Below, piece after piece: positions 57,714 through 64,000 of a stretch of DNA of 64,000 nt. This DNA comes from Chitinivibrionales bacterium. GTDB taxonomy: Bacteria > Fibrobacterota > Chitinivibrionia > Chitinivibrionales > WJKA01. The notes beneath the pieces are model-generated. The model saw only the letters and a program-made list of their open reading frames with translations, did no database searches and had not been told where the DNA came from. The translations under genes and the position numbers were made by a program. Within the stretch, counting starts at the first letter, position 1; each line of letters starts with the position of its first letter. The DNA is taken from contig JBBRUX010000003.1 in assembly GCA_038247415.1 (NCBI GenBank), positions 1 to 64,000 on the forward strand, given 5' to 3'.

Positions 57714-58721
57714 CTAAAACCATTGAATTTTTGGTCGAATGCCTTTGCTTGTTTTAATGCTGCCAGCGCTGTCAACAACAATGCATTCGAGATTGTTTCT
57801 CGCTTGGATAAAAGCGACGATTGAATCCGCAGGTAAACAAAAAAGACCTGTGCTATAATTTTTTGCGAGGGTTAAATCCATGGCCCAAATAGTAACACTC
57901 TGATTGTTGGTGCAACTATAGCCTGTTGACGGATTAAAAATATGGTGTACTCGGCGAGTTCCATTCATCCAGAATCGTTCGTAATCGCCGCTCGTGAAAA
58001 TAACGCCACTATCTAGTGAAAGAGCCGCCAAAAGCCCTTCCTTCCGAGGGTGCTGGATTCCAATTCGCCAGGCTCCATGGTCGGATCGAGCGCCGGCACC
58101 AATAATATCCCCGCCACCATTGATGAGATAGTTTTTAAAACCTTGCAGAGCCAAATACGTGCTTATTTCGCGAAGCGCAAATGCTTTTGCGACACCGCCA
58201 AGATCGATTCGAATAAGAGAATCGCGAAACGCAAGCATATTGGTTGAGGTGTCTACCTGGATTTGCTTGTAATTGACATGGGCAATAATATTGTGCAGCG
58301 TGTGCGCTGAAGGCTCTTGCTTAACGGTATCGGTTTCGCCAAGCCCCCAGATATTTTTCAAAGGCAGAACGGTCATATCAAAAAGTCCGTGGGTACTATC
58401 GCTAAATTGTAGCCCATGCGCAATAAGAACTGCTAAAGGTTGGCTTATTTCCATGCGCTGCGAGTTTCTTCTGTTAACCATTAATACTTCAGATCGGGGG
58501 CCGTAATCCGAAAACCGTTGTTCCCAGTCACGCAGGAGAGAGTCGATAGTATTCCAAAGTTGCGTTGGATTTTTAATTTCATCGGCAATAGTTATAGTAA
58601 CTGCCGTGTCCATGCGAAAAAAGGTGTGCACACTATGCTTGCGGGATGCACAAGAGATACTTAAAAGTGCGATAAGGGAACACGATAGGGCAAATATGCC
58701 CAAAAAGCGTTTTTGTATCAT
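57714..58721 (-). CDS. apbE: FAD:protein FMN transferase lipoprotein
   Basis: Lipobox LSISC, DLGGVAK, GGD, TSGDYER, HHIFNPSTG; start moved to ATG 58721. Confidence 0.9.
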   Translation of the reverse strand: MIQKRFLGIFALSCSLIALLSISCASRKHSVHTFFRMDTAVTITIADEIKNPTQLWNTIDSLLRDWEQRFSDYGPRSEVLMVNRRNSQRMEISQPLAVLIAHGLQFSDSTHGLFDMTVLPLKNIWGLGETDTVKQEPSAHTLHNIIAHVNYKQIQVDTSTNMLAFRDSLIRIDLGGVAKAFALREISTYLALQGFKNYLINGGGDIIGAGARSDHGAWRIGIQHPRKEGLLAALSLDSGVIFTSGDYERFWMNGTRRVHHIFNPSTGYSCTNNQSVTIWAMDLTLAKNYSTGLFCLPADSIVAFIQARNNLECIVVDSAGSIKTSKGIRPKIQWF

Positions 58722-58946
58722 GCTTTTAAAATAGGTATCTGTTAGAATCGCTGCAATGATTTTTAAATTCGCGCTACCGTGTACGTGAGGAAAATGCCTA
58801 AAGAAATCAAAAATAAAGGGGATCAGTTTACCGATGAGCATGAAAATGCTAAATTATATATATAGTATAGGATCAATCATGTATCTTAAATAAAGCGATG
58901 CACAATAAAAAGTTTGAAAAGTATCGGATCCTTTTAAGGAGTTTGT

Positions 58947-61298
58947 ATGAAAATTAAGGCCGTATTATGTGTCGGATTTTTAATTCAAGCGCTTTTTGCC
59001 GTTGAACTTGCTACCCCACTGTATGTCTATCATGATGGTGATGCAACTACCTCTGGGTATTCTGGCTCCGAAAAAGATCTTTACATCGATGGTGGGTCGT
59101 TACCTTCAATTGCTTGGATGACCTTTCAATCACAAGGGTTATCACTTCTCGATATCGATTCTGCTCGAATTATCCTTTCGGTGAGGTCTGTGGGATCGGC
59201 CGGCACGCTCTCGGTGCATGCTTTGACAAACGACATAACGGCTCCCGAAAACAACGTAAAATTAGACATGATTTCGTATGCTCCAGAGGCAATTGCACAC
59301 GCATACGTGGGAAGTATGTCTGCCGAAAAATGTATTACATTTGATATTACGCTCCTTGCTAAATCAGGAACGTTTAAAGGGCTGGTATTGCTTTCCGATG
59401 ATGGGCTTGTCGCCACTTTTGATGCAAAGGAGGGCGTGCTCCCACCTCGCATAAGCTTGTTGTACTCATCTGTTTCTGGGGGCAATGGCTCACAGTGGCT
59501 TGCTGGATCGGAATTACCAGACTCGTTATTGGGAACTAAGGGAGATTTTTATCTTCAGTCAACTACAGGCGCTATTTTTTCTAAGGGAACAGGTTCATGG
59601 GTTGTTACTGCAAATATCATGGGCCCAGCGGGCAGCTTGGGGCCTCAAGGAATATCTGGCGCACCCGGAATCCCTGGTGAAAAAGGTGAGGCGGGTATTC
59701 AAGGCCAAAAGGGTGATGCGGGTATTCAAGGTAAAAAAGGCAATACTGGCCCGCAAGGGGCAAAAGGTGATACCGGCTTGCAAGGTTCAAGGGGTGATGC
59801 CGGGAGATCGCTTATATGGCGGGGAACGTGGAGCGCAGATTCTGGATATGCTCCCTATGATCTTGTTCATCATGATGGCAGCGCGTATATCGGCGTTGCC
59901 TCCTCACAGGGAAAGTCTCCCTCAGATTCTCTAGCGTATTGGAATGTTTTTGTGCGCAAAGGAGATATGGGTTTGTCCGGACCCCAGGGTAGTAGTGGCC
60001 CATCTGGTACTGCGGGAATGCCTGGGCCTGTGGGTCCGCAAGGGCCAAAAGGCGATAGTGCCAATCCTCTGGTGCCACTACCTGCCCCTAGCACATACCA
60101 CGTGGTCTCGGCAGCAACAGGGATGATTCCGAACAATTCGTATATTGCAAATTCAGCAAGTCAGGTTTCGGTTGGGTTACCGGATTCTGCGGCTGTCGGA
60201 GATTTTGTAAAGATACGGGCTCAGGGCACGGGTGGTTTTAGTGTTACGCAAAATGCTACTCAATACATTAATGCTTCCATTCTCAATAAGCCGGTTTCGT
60301 TTCAATCTCAAACAACACTTGTAAATCCATGGGATATTGATGGCTCCAGCGATGGAAAATATCTCACAGCAATAGAGTGGTTTGGAGATGTTTATACGAG
60401 TACTGATACGGGAAATACGTGGACCCATGGCAATCCTGCGACCACTTCAACTACTTGGGGCGGGGTTGCAACATCTGCAGATGGTAAAGAGGTTTTTGTG
60501 TGTGAAATGGGTGGTCTCATTTGGCGTAGCACTGATTTCGGTCAATCCTGGAAAAGCTACGGTACTCCTCAAAGCTGGGTCAATATTCAAGTTTCAGATG
60601 ATGGTGAAACCGTTGTGGCGATAACTGACGGTGATTTTTTGGCAACAATTCCAGGCAACGAAATTTGGGTAAGCACCGATTCTGGCATAACTTTTAATTC
60701 TGTGAAAACTGTACCTGATTTGCAAAAAATAGCAATTTCAGGGGATGGTGCAAGAATAGCTGCCGTATCTCAGGCAGGAAAAATAGCAATAAGCTCTAAT
60801 CGTGGCGCGACTTGGATTGAGTCGGATTCTGCTAGAGGTTGGGTATCGATAGCACTATCGCACGATGGCAAGTACGTTTACGCTGGAACGAATGGCGGAT
60901 TCTTGTATGTAAGTTCCGATTCAGGTGTAACTTTTTCTAGTAAAGCTGAAGCGGGGATTTGGCGTGATATCGCTTGTTCAAGCGATGGAAAAACAGTGTA
61001 TGCAATAGAGGTTGAACAAACGCACGTGTATTATAGTTTGGATTTTGGGCAAACATTTGCGCAACGTGTATTTGAAAATAATGATCAATGGTGGGCGCTA
61101 ACACTTTCCTCGGATGGCTCAAAAATTGCAGCCGTAAATATAAATGCTGGAAATGTTTTTACAAGTACCTTTAAAACAACATTGGGACCTACAGGAGCTT
61201 TGTATTCCACGCAACCGGGGTCAACTGTTGAGCTTGTAAAATTGGATGATCAGCAGTATCTATTGACAAATGTTACTGGCGTTGTTGACGGTAAATAA
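58947..61298 (+). CDS. Secreted collagen-like protein with BNR/Asp-box beta-propeller
   Basis: Signal peptide; 21 and 11 Gly-X-Y triplets; repeated S.D.G..W/F Asp boxes. Confidence 0.85.
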   Translation: MKIKAVLCVGFLIQALFAVELATPLYVYHDGDATTSGYSGSEKDLYIDGGSLPSIAWMTFQSQGLSLLDIDSARIILSVRSVGSAGTLSVHALTNDITAPENNVKLDMISYAPEAIAHAYVGSMSAEKCITFDITLLAKSGTFKGLVLLSDDGLVATFDAKEGVLPPRISLLYSSVSGGNGSQWLAGSELPDSLLGTKGDFYLQSTTGAIFSKGTGSWVVTANIMGPAGSLGPQGISGAPGIPGEKGEAGIQGQKGDAGIQGKKGNTGPQGAKGDTGLQGSRGDAGRSLIWRGTWSADSGYAPYDLVHHDGSAYIGVASSQGKSPSDSLAYWNVFVRKGDMGLSGPQGSSGPSGTAGMPGPVGPQGPKGDSANPLVPLPAPSTYHVVSAATGMIPNNSYIANSASQVSVGLPDSAAVGDFVKIRAQGTGGFSVTQNATQYINASILNKPVSFQSQTTLVNPWDIDGSSDGKYLTAIEWFGDVYTSTDTGNTWTHGNPATTSTTWGGVATSADGKEVFVCEMGGLIWRSTDFGQSWKSYGTPQSWVNIQVSDDGETVVAITDGDFLATIPGNEIWVSTDSGITFNSVKTVPDLQKIAISGDGARIAAVSQAGKIAISSNRGATWIESDSARGWVSIALSHDGKYVYAGTNGGFLYVSSDSGVTFSSKAEAGIWRDIACSSDGKTVYAIEVEQTHVYYSLDFGQTFAQRVFENNDQWWALTLSSDGSKIAAVNINAGNVFTSTFKTTLGPTGALYSTQPGSTVELVKLDDQQYLLTNVTGVVDGK

Positions 61299-61321
61299 GA
61301 GCTTCAATCGATGGGTTGAGA

Positions 61322-63034
61322 GTGAGCGCTAAGCGGATTCTTCTCGTATATAGTGGCTATGAGCAGGGGTCGTGGGGGACCATTGCTTTTTCTAAGCCAG
61401 CACATTATTATGTAATGCCAGGCATTGTGTGTTGCGCAACTGCTTTGCAGCAGGATGCATGGTTTAGGGCAAATACCCAAATTTCCTATCTCTATTGCAA
61501 TGCTTCGGTTCAAACTCATCACGATATCTTTGCCGATATTACTACACCTATTATTGCCTCTACAGCGCTTCTTCCCTTAAGTGCAGAATGTGGGTTTGCC
61601 TACGTACTAGAAACAACCAGTGGCTGTCCCTATCGATGCATTTATTGTCAATTTGGCCATGCCAGTAATCGCATTCGTCAGTATCCCCGCGAAAAAACAA
61701 ATGCCGAAATAGCAACATTACTAGCGCAGGGAGCCGATTGCATTCACTTCGCCGATTCGGTTTTTGATGCAGATTTAAACCGGGCCAAGGACTTGTTAGA
61801 GCTTTATTGTAAGAACAATATCAGAACATCACTGTTTCTCTATTGTTCTTTTGTAAGGATCGACGAGGAAATTGCGCATCTTTATCAAAAATCTCAGGCG
61901 CAAATTTGTGTGGGTGTTCAAACAACCAATCCAACTGCACTGCAGACGATTAGGAGAAATCACGTGACTCGTTTATTTGCAGAAAGTGGGACCCTGCTGC
62001 GAACGATGAATGTTAATTTTTACACCGATCTTATTTTTGGATTGCCCCGTGATACCATGCACGATTTTAAGAAAACTTTCAATGATGTTCTTGGAATTAA
62101 GCCTGCTTTCCTTATGCCATTTCCGCTCGCCATTATTGCGGGGACTCCCTTGGCAGATATGGCAGATGATTTACAGGTGAAGCCAATTCCGGCAGAAGAT
62201 ATTGCATCGCTTCAACTTATGTGCGATATACGCTACGATAATATTGCGCTGAGTAAAGATTTTACACTCGAGCAGCTCGAGTCGTTTGACGACTCAACGC
62301 TTGCAGTTTTCTTTTTTTATAATCGATTTCGGTTGAGCCTTGATTATTTGGAATCACGGTGCGGGATAGATGGGTTTTCGCTGTACCGGGAAATTGGAAG
62401 GAAAACAAAAAAGTTTCTTGTGCATAAAGGGATTGTAGCAACAAATATGGTGTCAATTGATGGATTTCATAGTGAAATTTTTCAAATTTTTGTGCAGCAG
62501 CTGGCTCATCTCAATTGTTCACACAACGAACGCGATGCATTTGAAGAGCTTTTTAAAATTGATATTTTTCGAATTCTCATGCTCACCTCACCAGAGCGCA
62601 TAAAAAACTTTAAGGAACGCCAATTGCTTTTTGGAGAATTACAATCGGAGATTGCATGTACCGAGGAATTGGAAAAATTACACGTTTTTAAAAATACTTT
62701 TGGCAAAGTTATCCAAATTGGTTTTTCCTGGGACGATTTGCAGCGCCTTTCCAGTTTACAAGGTTCTATTATTCCTTGTAAAAGTAGTGTGTTTGTGCAT
62801 GCTCCTTACGAACAGTGGTCTGCACAGGTTGTTCCACTACGTAACCACCACGAAGATGCGATCGAGATTCTTGGTTCGACGAGGCCTCTTAAAATGTCTT
62901 CTTTTGTAAGGCAACTTTCACGGTCTATTAAAAATAGCTCTGGAGGATCCGAGGGATCAGCGCAATCATCGCTACGGTATCTATTCCAAAAAAAAATAGT
63001 TGGTGTTCGTAAACAAACCTCTGCGCTTGCGTAA
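61322..63034 (+). CDS. Radical SAM protein (B12-binding-class architecture, N-terminal domain apparently truncated)
   Basis: ETTSGCPYRCIYC CxxxCxxC, FADSVF, GVQT, DLIFGLP. Confidence 0.85.
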   Translation: MSAKRILLVYSGYEQGSWGTIAFSKPAHYYVMPGIVCCATALQQDAWFRANTQISYLYCNASVQTHHDIFADITTPIIASTALLPLSAECGFAYVLETTSGCPYRCIYCQFGHASNRIRQYPREKTNAEIATLLAQGADCIHFADSVFDADLNRAKDLLELYCKNNIRTSLFLYCSFVRIDEEIAHLYQKSQAQICVGVQTTNPTALQTIRRNHVTRLFAESGTLLRTMNVNFYTDLIFGLPRDTMHDFKKTFNDVLGIKPAFLMPFPLAIIAGTPLADMADDLQVKPIPAEDIASLQLMCDIRYDNIALSKDFTLEQLESFDDSTLAVFFFYNRFRLSLDYLESRCGIDGFSLYREIGRKTKKFLVHKGIVATNMVSIDGFHSEIFQIFVQQLAHLNCSHNERDAFEELFKIDIFRILMLTSPERIKNFKERQLLFGELQSEIACTEELEKLHVFKNTFGKVIQIGFSWDDLQRLSSLQGSIIPCKSSVFVHAPYEQWSAQVVPLRNHHEDAIEILGSTRPLKMSSFVRQLSRSIKNSSGGSEGSAQSSLRYLFQKKIVGVRKQTSALA

Positions 63035-63053
63035 AAATGGCTAAACACTCTCT

Positions 63054-64000
63054 ATGATTTACCAGCAAAACCTTCCCTATCTGCAGCAGCTTCCCGTGTA
63101 TAAGCACAAAGATGAAATTGTTGCAGCAATCCGGACTCATCAGGTAACCATTATCAGTGGGTCAACAGGAAGTGGAAAAACTACCCAGCTTCCGCTCATG
63201 TGTTTAGAAGCGCGGGGTGGATCTGATACTAGAATTGTTGTTACGCAGCCACGGCGGATTGCTGCAACGGCAATTGCAGAACGACTTGCATCACAACTTG
63301 GTGTGAACCTTGGTTCGTTTGTGGGGTATAGAACTCGATTTGATTTTAGGGAATCTAAAGAAACGTGTATCCGCTGTGTTACCGACGGAATTCTGCTCTC
63401 CGAAATCCATAAAGATCCCCTTTTTTGTAACTATGATTTCATAATGATCGATGAGGTTCATGAACGGAGCCTCAACATAGATTTCCTGCTTGGGTATCTC
63501 AGAAAAATTTTGCCGCAACGTCCTTCGTTAAAACTTATCATTTCTTCTGCTACTGCAGATACCCGTTTGTTTTCTTCGATTTTTGAGAATGCCCCTATCT
63601 ATGAGATTGCAGGGAATGTTTTCCCTATTTCGGTTTGGTACACCCCTCCCTCCGACGAATCAGATTATTTAACCGCTGTGCGCAGTGCAATTTATGACAT
63701 GGTCGATCTCATTGACAACGGTGACATTCTTGTGTTTTTGCCAACCGAGCGAGATATCATGGCTGTCATGAAACTTTTGCAAGGCGATCTACCTCGAAAT
63801 GCGGTTGTTCTCCCACTGTTTGCTCGCCTTCCGCGGCAGCAGCAACAGCTAGTTTTTGCTTCTCAATCGTTTCGCAAAATCATCCTTGCCACAAATGTTG
63901 CAGAAACATCGCTTACCATTCCGGGAATCGTTGGTGTAATCGACAGCGGAAGAGCCCGTGTCAAACATTATGCTCCTCATGCGCGCATTACACGATTACC
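63054..64000 (+). CDS. hrpA: DEAH-box RNA helicase HrpA (3' truncated by window edge)
   Basis: Read manually: LPVYKHKDEI, GSTGSGKTTQLP, TQPRRIAA, TDGILL, DEVHER, SSAT, ATNVAETSLTIPGI. Confidence 0.92.
   Translation, partial: MIYQQNLPYLQQLPVYKHKDEIVAAIRTHQVTIISGSTGSGKTTQLPLMCLEARGGSDTRIVVTQPRRIAATAIAERLASQLGVNLGSFVGYRTRFDFRESKETCIRCVTDGILLSEIHKDPLFCNYDFIMIDEVHERSLNIDFLLGYLRKILPQRPSLKLIISSATADTRLFSSIFENAPIYEIAGNVFPISVWYTPPSDESDYLTAVRSAIYDMVDLIDNGDILVFLPTERDIMAVMKLLQGDLPRNAVVLPLFARLPRQQQQLVFASQSFRKIILATNVAETSLTIPGIVGVIDSGRARVKHYAPHARITRL

Noticed and set aside
63037..63057. ATG at 63037 as the hrpA start implying a frameshift
   Set aside because: That frame stops after six codons; ATG 63054 gives an open HrpA frame
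1..64000. Intact mobile element, defence system or prophage; many short nested or antisense ORFs
   Set aside because: No integrase, transposase, cas, RT or phage structural genes recognised; the shadow ORFs overlap well-supported genes and show no motifs

Overview
Gene-dense bacterial chromosomal segment of moderate GC. The lineage is not established; dockerin/cohesin-like and secreted-protein content would fit a Fibrobacterota/Chitinivibrionia-like organism, but that is inference. Housekeeping genes include hom-thrC-apgM-like, argJ, fumC, purA, purC, leuCD-ilvBN, hrpA, two pseudouridine synthases, comEC and tRNA-Glu(CTC)/tRNA-Gln(CTG). Signalling genes are dense: HDOD, a REC-RsbW-like kinase fusion, GGDEF/HD-GYP, three STAS domains, three RsbW-like kinase domains, tandem FHA plus metallophosphoesterase, PAS-HD-GYP and a hybrid histidine kinase. 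Two observations stand out. (1) An 88-nt multi-hairpin repeat with GNA triloops occurs twice (5074-5161, 35992-36079), and REP-like palindromes sit next to patchworks of broken accessory genes (Fic, RHH antitoxin, HTH, DinD, GNAT, ORF6N). All four patchworks lie between convergent 3' ends. (2) A partner-switching operon with no sigma factor or PP2C phosphatase in the window (unknown small protein, RsbW-like, STAS-RsbW fusion, STAS) lies beside flagellar FliK/FlhB-C-like genes. No CRISPR array, rRNA, intact transposase or integrase was seen. All product calls come from motif recognition by eye; no database searches were run.
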